A DNA stretch of 64,000 bases from the human T2T-CHM13v2.0 reference genome, Homo sapiens. Where the stretch lies: the NCBI RefSeq assembly GCF_009914755.1, contig NC_060932.1; one strand, 5' to 3'. A program made the translations under genes and the position numbers. The notes beneath the pieces are model-generated. The model was not told the origin of the DNA and did not search any database. It saw nothing but the letters and a program-made list of their open reading frames with translations. The stretch's first letter is position 1. The number at the start of each line of letters is the position of its first letter. Of this stretch, positions 29,377-48,600 are shown in pieces.

Positions 29377-30293
29377 TTATGAAAAGAAGGGGCATCACCG
29401 TTTATAGCTTGATTTAAAGTTTTCACATCTTTCTTCAGAAATTGGTCATGGTTACATCTCACCTGAGCTGCAGCCAGCTGTCCTCTTCTAAGTTGTGCTG
29501 CTTGTGACGCAGGCGCAGGCAATGGCATCCACTTGGCAAAGCTTCTGAATCAGCCGTATCCGGAGAGCAAGGGAACTTGGCACCATTGGTCTTCGGCACG
29601 GGGAACACATCTGCCTTCAGTTGTCCCCATCGTGACTTTTTTCAGTAAGCACTCATGCAACAGTAATCAGTGACAGCAGTTCTCAAACCTGGAGAGCAGA
29701 AGTGTGCAGACTGGTCCTAGATGTATTTCCCTGGCCACCTCTTTGCTACCCCGGGCCACTTCTGCCCCACTTTCTTCCGAGCAGCAGCTGCTGAAAAGGC
29801 AGGAAGGGCACTCATTCTGAAGGTATTTCTCAGCACACGGCAAGCCCTTTGACAGGCAGCAGAGAAACCACTTTGAGCACTTGGCAGGGTCATTTTCTGA
29901 TTCTTTTTCTTTTTTTCTGTAACCCTTAACATCTGGTAATTTTGGGATTCTCTTTTGCTTCATCCTCATTTGTGGCCCAGTCCATGATAAGCAGACACAA
30001 GCTGGTAGGAGCCATGCATTGACCTTCAACGTCAAGGTCAAGAGACCTTGAAAAACATCCGTAGCTTTTGCTGCCTGTAACATACCGTCCAGTGCTTGAT
30101 TATATAGCCCTAGTTTATCTTCTAATTATGTCTTGCCTATCAATGTGTCAATTAACAAACATCAATTGGTGCCTTCTATGGACAGAGTCATGATCTCCCT
30201 TCCCTAGATATAGGAAACAAGTTATTTACTTTTTTATTTTCCCCCACCTACACTCCGCAGTGCAGAGCACTTACCCGGAAATTATTGGAAGTT

Positions 30294-30878
<585 letters not shown>

Positions 30879-31195
30879 TTTAGCAGGAATTATGAAGTGA
30901 CAAATTCTGTCTCTGACAGTCCTGCTTCAAGCAGCTAATGCATCCCCTGGTACCATCTGTGATTGGATGAGGACTGTGGAAATGGTGCGGACACTGTAGA
31001 ATGATGAGAGGTGGCTAACAAGTAAATAGGCTTCAAAATAGCTTGTGCCCCATAGGTATTTTTACTTGCTCAAACTCCTTCCAAGTTCCCTCCTTGCCAA
31101 TGGGGCTCAACGTGTGGATGTAGCTTATGTTGGGAATACTGGCAGCTCAAAGACAGATCTGCTATAAGTCTCAACTGACATGTTCATTAAAATCC

Positions 31196-31475
<280 letters not shown>

Positions 31476-31499
31476 TCACTGAGCTTCAAGCATCTGGTT

Positions 31500-33720
<2,221 letters not shown>

Positions 33721-33731
33721 AATGATATCCA

Positions 33732-34100
33732 GGCCAAGTGCAGTGAGTCATACCTGTAATTCCAGCACTTTGGGAGGCTGAGGCAAGAAGATTACTTAAT
33801 CCCAGAAGTTTGAGACCAGCCTGGGCAACATAGTGAGACCTCATCCCTACAAATATTTTTAAAAATTAGCTGGGCATGGTGGTATGCACCTGTGGTCCCA
33901 GCTACTCTGGAGGCTAGGTGGGAGGATTGCATGAGCCCAGGAGGTGGAGGCTGCAGTGAGCTGTGATTGCACCACTGCACTCCAGCCTGGGCAACGGAGT
34001 AAGACCCTGTCTCAAAAAACAAAACAAAATAAAACAAACAAACAAACGAACAAAAAAAAGAGTAAGACCCTGTCTCAAAAAAAAAAAAAAAAAAAAAAAA
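33732..34100 (+). mobile_element. AluJ with duplicated 3' terminus
   Basis: GAGTAAGACCCTGTCTC-An occurs twice. Confidence 0.9.
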
Positions 34101-34464
34101 GGCATGACGTGCACAACAGCTTTTAACCTGCTGCACTGAACATGGGGATATGTGGGCAGGAATTTTATCAATACAGTTGGTGCAGTTGAGACCAAGAACC
34201 ACATCCTCAGTCCAAACAATACTGTCTCCTTTCAGAAGTCTACTCTCTGTAAGAGTACATTCATACAGGTCCACTTACAGAGTGCCCTATTTTACCTGCT
34301 TATTTAAATAAGGTGTATTTCAAATAACAATAGGTTTAACTCTTCAATGGAGAAAGGAGAATATAAATAATCATCATCATCTTCTAAAACAATACTACAA
34401 TGAGCTTTTTTTCCTCCTAGTTTTTTCCCCCTGACCACAGGCTTTATAAAGCGTAGTCAAAATC

Positions 34465-34872
34465 ATATATATATATATATGGGCATATATATATACATAT
34501 ATATATATGGGCATATATATATACCCATATATATACATATATATGGGTATATATATACACATATATATACATATATATGGGTATATATATACACATATAT
34601 ATATGGGTATATATATACCTATATATGGGTATATATATATACATATATATGGGTATATATATACATATATAGGTATATATATACATATATAGGTATATAT
34701 ATACACATATATATATATGGGTATATATATATACATATATATATGGGTGTATATATATACATATATATGGGTATATATATATACATATATATGGGTATAT
34801 ATACATATATATGGGTATATATATATGGGTATATATATATACATATATATATGCATTTATGTGTGTGTGTGT
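34465..34872. repeat. AT-rich compound minisatellite (CATATATATGGGTATATATATA-like units) ending in (TG)n
   Basis: Direct read; source of the I/Y-rich ORFs. Confidence 0.93.
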
Positions 34873-34888
34873 ATGAAATGTATCTTGT

Positions 34889-35185
<297 letters not shown>

Positions 35186-35302
35186 TGTATCTTGCTTTTT
35201 AAAAAATAACCCATATGACAACATATAATTTTTCAAAATTATTTTACTTTTATTAATTATGGTACATCATAGTTGTACATATTTATGGGGTACATATGAT
35301 GT

Positions 35303-35428
35303 TTTTTATTTTAGAGTTGGGGTCTTGCTATGTTGTCCAGGCTGGTCTCGAACTCCTGGTCTCAAGTGATCCTCTTCTTTCAGCCTCCCAAGTAGATAGG
35401 ACTGCAAGTGAGAGGCACTGTGCCTGGC
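35303..35428 (-). mobile_element. FLAM monomer
   Basis: Antisense monomer. Confidence 0.8.
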
Positions 35429-35587
35429 ATCTTGCTTTTTTTGGCTAAACATTATCTTGTAAGCTGTTTTTTCCATACACCCTCAGCATTTTGATGATGG
35501 TATGATACTCTTTTCCCAATTGTTGAACATTTAGGCCATTTCTAATTGTTCTCTATTTTAAATATATATAATTATTTTAAAAATCAT

Positions 35588-36002
35588 TGTCTATTAGTTT
35601 GCTAGGGCCACCATAACAAAGTACAACAGACCTAGGTGGCTTAGGCAACAGAAATTTTTTTTCTCACTGTCTGGAGGCTGGAAGTCCAAGATCAGGGTGG
35701 GAGCAGGGTTGGTTTCTGCCCAGGCCCCCTTCCTGGGCTTGCCATTGGTCACCTCCTTCCTGTGTCTGCACTGTCTTTCTTCCGTATTTGGGCATCCCTG
35801 GTGTTTCTTTATGTGTTCAAATTTCCTCTTCTTATATAAACACTACTCAGATTGAATTAGGGCCTATTTTAATAGACTCTGTTTAACTTAATCACCTCTA
35901 TAAAGGCCCTACTTCCAAATACAGTCAATTTTGAGTTACTGGCGTTAGGGTTTTAACATGTGAATTAGGGGTTGGGGGGAGGCATAATTCAGTCCCATAA
36001 CA
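35588..36002 (-). mobile_element. MLT1 (MaLR) solo LTR, MLT1B/C-like
   Basis: tattagtttgctagggccaccataacaaagtac...ggaggctggaagtccaagatcagggt...aattcagtcccataaca. Confidence 0.85.
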
Positions 36003-36159
36003 CATTATGTTCAATTTTTTCTCACTTGCATTTTAGATCATTTTCTTTGGATAGATTTCCAGAGTGGGAATCACTGGGCCAAATGATAAAAATATTTTAA
36101 GGCTCTTGAAAACTGCTTTTCCAAAGAATATAACAATTGGTTCCACAGCAGCCTGCTTA

Positions 36160-36510
<351 letters not shown>

Positions 36511-36628
36511 ATTTTGTGAGCACTGCCTTCAGCAAGAAAAGGGCAAGGGGAAACAAAGTCATGAAAAGCTTGAACTGAATCTGTCCCAGGGCACCAAAAA
36601 TTCTGCTTCCCATGGAGCTCTTGGAAAT

Positions 36629-37063
36629 GTTTTTTTTTTTTTTTTTTTTCAGAGACAGGGTCTCACTCTGTCACCCAGGCTGGAATGCAGTGGTGCAATC
36701 ATAGCTCACTGCAGCCTCCAATTCCTGGGCTCAAGTGATCCTCCACCTCACTCTCCCAAGAAGATGGGACTACAGGTGTAGAATCATGCCTGATTAATTT
36801 TGAAAATTTTTTGTAGGGTGGGAGTTTTGATCCATTGCCCAGGTTGGCCTCAAACTCCTGGGCTCAAGTGATCCTCCACCTCACTCTCCCAAGAAGATGG
36901 GACTACAGGTGTAGAATCATGCCTGATTAATTTTGAAAATTTTTTGTAGGGTAGGAGTTTTGATCCATTGCCCAGGTTGGCCTCAAACTCCTGGGTTCAA
37001 GCAATCCTCCCTTCGGGGCTGCACAAAACAGTGGGATTACAAGTGTGAGCTACCTTGCCTAGC
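36629..37063 (-). mobile_element. AluJ with internal 133-bp tandem duplication (trimeric)
   Basis: 36723-36855 repeated at 36856-36988. Confidence 0.9.
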
Positions 37064-37220
37064 TGTTGAAATGTATCTTTATTAAAAATCAAAATATAAC
37101 CAGGAAACAGAAAGTGAGTATATGAACGGTGAAATTGTTACATATCCTATCTCATGCCATTCTTATTAGTTGACTATTGTCTTTTACTGAAAAGCAACTC
37201 ATGCCAGAATCAACAAGAAC

Positions 37221-37520
<300 letters not shown>

Positions 37521-37960
37521 TAACAAGAGCTTTAAGTATGGCAAACTTGTACCTTTGAGGTGTAAAATTAACTCAGCATGATAATTCCTGGCCATTACCT
37601 ACCTCACAACTTCAAACAGTTTTTTCAAGAACTAGGCATGCAGAAATAAATGGTGGATTTCATTGAAACCTAAAGGCATTTTTGAATGACATTGTCACCA
37701 ACCATTAATTGGTTCAGGACCTTTGCAATTTTTATTTAACTTGAGTTGTCTTTTTTTTACCATGCTTTTTTCAATGCATTGCTCAGTATTTTTTAAGTTT
37801 CATGAACGCATGCTCAATTCATTAGATTCCATGACTGTAATATTTTGATGCAGCATTTTGCAAATTAAGTTGCATTTTCAGAGCAGTTCTGTATGTTCTG
37901 TGATACCATCTTTTCAAAGAGAAACCTTTAAAACCTTAAAAACAAAAGAAAGAAAAACGA

Positions 37961-38306
<346 letters not shown>

Positions 38307-38521
38307 TTAGGTGTGCGGTCCTTTTTCTTGTTCTCATTTTTTTTCCCTTTCCTTTTTCTTGTCAATAACAAACATTTGCCAGAGTCTACAGATGCTAGCT
38401 AAGGAAGGGCTGAGATGGGGTGGAAATGGGTCGGAGGTGGGTGTCGGAGGGGACTGAGGGTGGGGTGGTTACATCTACAGATCTGGTGATATTTTGTCTT
38501 TTAATAAAGATGCATTTCAAC

Positions 38522-38621
38522 AGCCAGGCAAGGTGGCTGCCACCTGTAATCTCACAGCTTTGGGCAGCCCAGGAGGGAGGACTGCAAACTCCCAGGAGTT
38601 TGAGGCCAGCATGGGCAACAG
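38522..38621 (+). mobile_element. Degenerate Alu monomer
   Basis: ggtggctgccacctgtaatctcacagctttggg. Confidence 0.7.
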
Positions 38622-38701
38622 GCTTTTTCAGAAAGGAAAATCACCTGTCACCCAGAGGACCATGGAAGGGATCATGTGGGTGAGTTGGTGAGAAGGAAAA
38701 T

Positions 38702-38765
38702 CACACACACACACACACACACACACACAGGGGGTGGGGTGGAGGAGAGAGAGGGAGAGAGAGAC

Positions 38766-38800
<35 letters not shown>
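38702..38800. repeat. (CA)n, G-rich spacer, (GA)n compound microsatellite
   Basis: Direct read. Confidence 0.92.
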
Positions 38801-39817
38801 CTCACTGAACTTGGTAAGTTGTTAAAACTGTCTTTGAAACAGGAACTTGCCTTGGCTCCCCTGAACTGAAGAGTACAGATCTCGCCCTCCTCTTTCTCGC
38901 AATCACCTTGCCTTTTAAAGCTGTTGCTGGAGGTAGCTTCCCCTGGCTAGGGAGGAGCTGCTTTGTTGTTCAGAAAGAGTCGTTCTTCCAAAACCAGGAG
39001 TGGGGTAAGGGGAGGCTGCAGACCCTCAGGGGCTCCCTCGGGGGGTGCCTGGGGGGATCTCTGGGGGAGATCTTGTCGCTTTGGTTATCCTAAGAACCAT
39101 ATTTTGAGGTGGGGATTCGAACTCCCCTTATATTAAGAAGAAAAGTTGGGGGTAGGGTGCAGAAATTTTGCCAAATTACAGATGGAGCCACCTAGAACCA
39201 GAACAATTCCCAAAGGACGTCCTCCCACACCCGCAGGAAGGCCAAAAAAAGGCTTGAAATTCAAATTATTTTTGGTGCTTGGGAGATGAGAGGGAGTGAG
39301 AGAGGGCAGCAGCAGTGAATGGGAACTGAAGGGGGAAGAAAAAACAGAAGGCTTGGTCAGTATCATTCCGAAGAAACAGGTCAGGAGAGCACCAAGGACC
39401 CTCAGACATGTAGTTGGACTTGGAATACTTTTATTATGTGTCTACAGGGTAGACTGTAAAGGAGAATATTCACACATTTTACATAAATGTAGTTTTCGCT
39501 GTAAAGAAACTGCTGCCCTCCCTCCTCTTTTTTTTAGCCTCTGTTTCTGGGATGACAGGACAGAGGTGTCTATTTCTCTCTGCACCTCTCAAACCCCTTT
39601 CCTGACCCAAGTTTCCTCCAGGAGCCTTCTTCCCTTTATGAGCATTGGCAGTTTTGTTGTTTTGTCTGCTTACATTTTGCTTTGGGTAAGAAGGATGAAA
39701 AAAAGGTAGCAGGGTGGGATGGAAATGGAGCACCCTGTGAGAGGCGAGAAAGCAGTAAACTGATTTGAGAATTGGGCAGAGGGAAAGGGGAGAGACCCTT
39801 GTGGAAGAACTGTCTCG

Positions 39818-40125
39818 TTTATTTTTATTTATTTATTTTTTTGAGGCAGGGTCTCACTCTGTCGCCCAGGCTGGAGTGCGATGGTGTAATCTTGGCTCAC
39901 TGCAACCTCCGCCTCCTGGGTTCATGCCATTCTCCTGCCTCAGGCCTCAAAATAGCTGGGACTACAGGTGTGAGCCACCATGCCCAGCTAATTTTTTGAT
40001 CTTTTGTAGGGACGGGTTTTCACCATGTTGCCCAGGGTGGTTTCAAACTCCTGAGCTCAAGCAATCCACCTGCCTCGGCCTCCCAAAGTGTTGGGATTAC
40101 AGGTGTGAGTCACCATGCCCGGCCT
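39818..40125 (-). mobile_element. AluJ/S
   Basis: Antisense dimer. Confidence 0.9.
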
Positions 40126-40288
40126 GCACATTTTTTAGGTATCAGTTTTTCTCATCTCTTTCATCTCTTCAAAAGAGTGACTTGGATTGCACAGGATTCC
40201 CAGGTAGATACTGGACACCCAGCTAAATTTGATTTTCGGACAAACAGCAAATGACTAAAAATCTGACATGAGGATTCTGTACATTTGA

Positions 40289-40666
<378 letters not shown>

Positions 40667-40981
40667 TGAGATGCAGTGAAGGCCAGTTCACACTGGCTTC
40701 TGCCTTCCCACCTCTCCTTTCCCAACAGCCTTCTCTCACTTCTAAAAACGGAAAGAAAGACATGGCCGTGGGTCGTAAAAACCTTCAGGGCCAAGACAAG
40801 GGACAGTGAGAAATATCCATGTTTGTGTTGAGACAGGAAAGCCTTTTCTAACTGAGATACAAATCCTTTCACAGGTTAAGCGGTTCCCAATTCATTGCTA
40901 TCCATAAAATTTGGAAAAACCTAATTGAATTGTCCACGAACAGATCAATCATTAGAATTTTTTTTAAGAATAAACTTTATT

Positions 40982-41433
<452 letters not shown>

Positions 41434-41672
41434 TTACCAAATACGGCCCTGCTGAAAAACAGATCTCAGGTTCCCTGGCAAAAGTGGATTTAGTCATTCC
41501 AGGATCCCTCTTGAAACCATAAGCCTTTCTGGGTTATGTCCCAGTTTTCTTGCCTCTCTTCAGCCCTGGACATTGTCATAACAAAAGTCCTTGTAGCCTC
41601 ATCTACGTATTAACGTGACCAAAGCTGCTCAGAGCTTACATTCGTAAAAATGAGAAATAGGGAAAGTATTAA

Positions 41673-42059
<387 letters not shown>

Positions 42060-42109
42060 TTACTGTAGATGTATGTATGTAAATATATAAACATACATAT
42101 ATTTAAAAA

Positions 42110-42712
42110 TCCATCTCATCCATCTCATTAAGAGAATGATTTCTAATGCTATTTTACTGTTTTGTGTTTAACTATCAATAAACTATATTTTTATCTTGTT
42201 ATTAATAATTGTAATGATGACTTAGTCTCAAAAACTATTTTAACACTTAGAGCCTTATGAACACAGGATGTTTTTTAACATTGTAAAATCAATTTACATA
42301 TGCATTTTTGTTTCAGAAAATATGATAGGGCAATCAATAAAAGATGTTCAAGCATAAAAATAGCTGACATTTGGATACAATTCTTTAGAGAAAGTGGAAT
42401 GAAAGTATAGTTCAAGGAAGAAAGGGGATGATTTAACATTTCTGGCTGTCAAAGAACCGCTTGTTCAATTTCAAAAATGAGTGACAGTGTCATATTACTA
42501 TGGTACTTAGATTCTATTGGATACATTAAAAACAGTGATATGACAGTTTTATTTCAAAACATCCCATGCTAACAACTGCAGAATACATCCCTTGCGAACA
42601 CTTAAAGCTACGATTAAAAGTTATAGATGTCAAACTTTAAAGTGTGTGAAGAGATGCATAGCATTTCAGCATTTTAGGGGTTGTAGGTAAGGAAAAGTTT
42701 GAAGGCTGTTGC
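42110..42712. mobile_element. Probable hAT-Charlie DNA transposon fragment
   Basis: AT-rich body ending aaaagtttgaaggctgttg, like Charlie termini; family not resolved. Confidence 0.4.
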
Positions 42713-43018
42713 TTTCTTTTTTTTTTTTTTTTTTTTGAGACGGAGTCTCGCTCTGTCACCCAGACTGGAGTGTAGTGGTGCAATCTGCCCACTGCAACCT
42801 CCGCCTCCTTGATTCATGCGATTCTTCTGCCTCAGCCTCCCGAGTAGCTGGGATTACAGGCATCTGCCACCATGCCCGGCTAATTTTTTAATTTTTTTAG
42901 TAGAGACAGGGTTTCACCATGTTTCCCAGGCTTGTTTCAAACTCCTGATCCCAGGTGATCCGCCTGCCTTGGCCTCCCAAAGTGTTGGGAGTGCAGGTGT
43001 GAGCCACCGTGCCCAGCC
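42713..43018 (-). mobile_element. AluS
   Basis: Antisense dimer, gaaggctgttgctttct TSD. Confidence 0.92.
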
Positions 43019-43890
43019 GAAGGCTGTTGCTTTCTATCACCCTCTTACTAACATTCCTGTTCACAACGTAATACTTACATTTTCCCAATCCTTTACAACC
43101 TGGAACAACAGAAATGGTAGACATAATTGTCCCTACAATTTCAGAGGATTCCTAGTCTGAAATTCTTTGTACTGCACTATGCTGCCCTTCTACTCTGAAC
43201 TGGGTAGTAGTTACAGGATCATAGTACAGTACAAGGACTTAAATTGGAGAAACCAGAAATAAATCAGCCCCCAGACCTCCTGGATGAACTATTTAAAGAA
43301 TATGCAGTTACATTTCGGAGGCCCCAATTTGACTCATGGTGTACTCAGCAACACATAATTAGAAGCTGCATTCTAACAGACTTCTGCTGTAATGCTTGCT
43401 TCTGAACGTAATGCTTGCTACCATGATGTCATCTTCTGAATACAGGGGAAAGCCACGGCAGAATTTATGGCAACACATTGAAACTAACCAACCTTCATAT
43501 GCACCTTGCTCTGCTCTGGAGAGAGACTTTCTCGAATACCAGGTGAGGTTCTGGTGGAGTTTCTCCAAGTGTTGAAACTTTCTTCTTAAGGAAGGTAGAA
43601 AAATGGATGGAAGCAACCAAATGCCCAAAGAGCAGAGGAAGTGCTCATGGGGGCAGCTATGTGAGAGGGATTGTAGCAGTTGAGGTGGGAGAGGAATGAA
43701 GCACTGCTCTTTAAGTCACAGCTAAAAACTGAATGTTAGCCCCCAACAATTTAAGGATTGCCAGCCTCAATGTGCAAAACTATGCTTAGTCTGTGGAGTT
43801 CATAAGTAGGGATGCCTCAGTTATCCAGGATCAAAAGGGATATATGTTCACCATAAGTTATATATATATATGTACACACACACACACATA

Positions 43891-44513
<623 letters not shown>

Positions 44514-44598
44514 TTAAGTGATTTTTTAAAAAAATAGATAACATCTATTCAAGCACAGAACACTCACAATAAATTGTTTGGCTTTAAAACTCTTTCTT

Positions 44599-44894
44599 GG
44601 CCAAGCGCAGTGGCTCATGCCTGTAATTCCAGCACTTTGGGAGGCCGAGGAGGGCAGATCACCTGAGGTCAGGAGTTCAAGACCAGCCTGACCAACATGG
44701 AGAAACCCCGTCTCTACTAAAAATACAAAATCAGCTGGGCGTGGTGGCGCATGCCTGTAATCCCAGCTACTCAGGAGGCTGAGGCAGGAGAATCGCTTGA
44801 CCCAGGGAAGCGGAGCTTGCAGTGAGCCGAGATCGCGCCACTGCTCTCCAGTCTGGGTGACAGAGCAAGACTCTGTCTAAAAAAAAAAAAAAAA
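44599..44894 (+). mobile_element. AluS (Sp-like)
   Basis: ACCAACATGGAGAAACCCC diagnostic. Confidence 0.9.
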
Positions 44895-45480
44895 GAAGTG
44901 GATATGATGGGAAGGAAGGAAGTATATGTGGCTATAAAAGAACAACACAGGGTTACTTGTGCTGATGGAAATGTTCTGTGTCTTGGCTCACTCAATGTCA
45001 AAATCCTGGTTGTGGCATCTCACTATGATTTACAAGAGGCTACCATTCAGGAAATGGGGGAAAGGCATGAACCACCATGCCCAGCACATACCCACTTCAT
45101 AACCTTTGACACCCATGAATCTGTTCTCCATTTCTATACTTTTATCATTTCAAAATGTTCTATAAATGGAATCATACAGTATGTAACCTTTTGTTTGGCT
45201 TTTTTTGCTTGGCATGATTCTCTGAAGATTCATCCAGGTGGCTGTGTGTATCAACAGCTTGTTCCTTTTTATTGCTGAATAGTATTCCATGGTATGATGA
45301 ACTAAACTTTGTCTGATATTCACCAGCAGAAAGACATCTGGGTTGATTCCAGTTTTTGGCTATTATAAGTAAAGCTGCTATAAGCATTCCTGTATAGGTT
45401 TTTGTGTGAATACCATAAGTCTTCATTTCTCTGGAATAAATGCCCAGAAGAGCAATTGCTGGGTCCTATGATAGTTGCAT
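44895..45480. mobile_element. L1M 3' fragments in opposite orientations
   Basis: tgatggaaatgttctgtgtctt (+) then aatggaatcatacagtatgtaaccttttg...ataaatgcccagaagagcaattgctggg (-). Confidence 0.75.
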
Positions 45481-45484
45481 GTTT

Positions 45485-45818
45485 ATTTTTATTTATTTAA
45501 ATTTATATTTATTTATCTATTTTACAGATAAGATCTTGCTCTGTCACCCAGGCAGGAGTGCAGTGGTGTGATCATGGTTCACTGCAGCCTCAAACTCCTG
45601 AGCTTGAGGCTCAGGAGCAACCCTCCTCCCCCAGCCTCCTGGGTGGCTGGGACTACAGGCACATGTTGCTGCGTCTGGCAAATTTTTGTATTTTTCTTTG
45701 TAGAGACGGGGTTTTGCCATGCTGCCCAGGCTGGTCTGGAACTCCTGGACTCCGGTGATCTGCTTGCCTCAGCTTCTCAAAGTGCTGAGATTACAGGCGT
45801 GAGCCACTGCACCTGGCC
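45485..45818 (-). mobile_element. AluJ
   Basis: Antisense dimer. Confidence 0.88.
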
Positions 45819-46295
45819 TGTCACCCTTTTTCATTTTAGCCATGCTGGTATGTGTGTAGGTATATCTCATTGTGGTTTTTTCTCAATGTGGTACAGTATT
45901 TTTAATTTGTACACTTTTTCCAGGCTTTTTATTTGTAAAGTCTTATGAACATTAATTAAAAACATTTTTTATTAAGAAAAAGATACATAATGCACATGAT
46001 GTAATATCTTAAGAATATAAAAGGGCATGAGAGAATCATTAAGGCTGCTCTTATCACCGCAGGGGTGAGCTCCACTGCCATCCCCCCACCAGGCCACCCC
46101 TCCTACTAGCAAAACCACGTAGCACTTTCCACCTAAAACAAAGGCACTGATCACAGTTCAACCACATCTTACTCCAAGATCATCCCCAGGAATGATGAAG
46201 ATTGTCTTGAGCACATGTAACCTGTGGGAATGCTAGTTAACTTTTCAGCAATCCCATGTATGAGCATAGGAATGAACTGGATAAAACCATGCACT

Positions 46296-46737
<442 letters not shown>

Positions 46738-47281
46738 TCAAACCTAAGAAAGGCTCCCAGAACTTTGGCTAGCAACTCAGAGGCCCTTCTCTTCTCACCT
46801 TATGAGTTCAGAGTTCTGTTCCAGAAACTGAAGTTGCCAGAAAGGTGACCATGTTCCTATATCTTCTTAGGGAGCTGGAACTATGACAACTTCAGACACT
46901 GAAGGGTGCATTTGGTCATTCAGGCAATTAAAACACCCACAGCATCATTAAGTATTAGGTGTAAGGATAAATTTAGTTTGTGATAGTTTAATTGCTAAAT
47001 GAAGGAGTTAAACTGGACTGGCCTTAATTCTCCAGTCTGGTGCTACACTTAATTTTAATGTAGTTTGAAGGACATGTGGAGTCATCATACAAATTATGAT
47101 GAAATTTGAAAGAAGATTCCTGAGCAACTTACCTATCTCCAGTGACTCATGCTGATTCACTAGGACTCAGAGTTCAAGCTGCTAACTACGTTTTGCATCT
47201 CTTTTCCAGTAGCAGGAGTTTTAATGTGAATGGACACAAAACTGGCCAAAATTTTTTGAAAAATATATCCACAGACTGGCA

Positions 47282-47942
47282 TTTTCTTTCTTTCTTTTTT
47301 TGAGAGAGGGCCTCTCTATGGTCCTCCAGGCTAGGCGGGAGTGCAGTAGCACAGTCATCACTTACTGTAGCCTCAACCTCCTGAGCTCAAATGATCCTCC
47401 TACCTCAGCCTCCCAGGTAGCTAGGACTACATGCTCATGGTGCCATGCCTGGCACCATGTATTTTTAGTAGAGACAGAGTTTTACTATGTTGCCCAGGCT
47501 GATCTCGAACTCTTGGGATCAAGCAATTGCTTACCTTGGCCTCCCAAAGTGTTGGGGTTACAGGTGTGGGCCAGCATGCCCAGACATGGCAAGTATTTTC
47601 AAGTATTTTTTGAGGATGAAGTTAGTTCTGTGTTGTTTTTATTTATTTTTATTTTTATTTATTTTTATTTATTTATTTTCTTGTTTTGAGACAGAGTCTT
47701 GCTCTGTCGCCCAGACTGGAGTGCAGTAGCATGATCTGGGCTCACTGCAAACTTCACCTCCTGGGTTCAAGCAATTATCTGCCTCAGCCTCCTGAGTAGC
47801 TGGGATTAGAGGTGCCTGCCACCACACCTGGCTAATTTTTTGTATTTTTAGTAGAGATGGGGTTTCACCATCTTAGCCAGGCTGGTCTTGAACTCCTGAC
47901 CTCATGATCTACCAACCTCAGCCTGAGCCACTGCGCCTGGCC
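47282..47942 (-). mobile_element. Two tandem antisense Alus (47282-47585 AluJ; 47636-47942 AluS)
   Basis: Two antisense dimers. Confidence 0.87.
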
Positions 47943-48170
47943 AGTTCTATATTGTTTTTAAATCACAAAACATCTGTGAGATAGCTGAAGTACTTTCATG
48001 GTAAGAACTATTTATTTGTAAAACTTTTTTTTCTTGAATCATAAAATAATACATGCATATTAAAGAAAACTTAGAAAACCCAGAAAAACAGAAGATTTTA
48101 AAAATCACCTATAAGTCCACCACTAGGGTAATTACTGTTATCGTTTTTAGGTATATTCTTGCAAAACTGA

Positions 48171-48600
<430 letters not shown>

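Noticed and set aside
43380-43550. Unique segment ending in donor-like CAG|GTGAGG
   Set aside because: No convincing acceptor, ORF or partner exon; such motifs are common by chance
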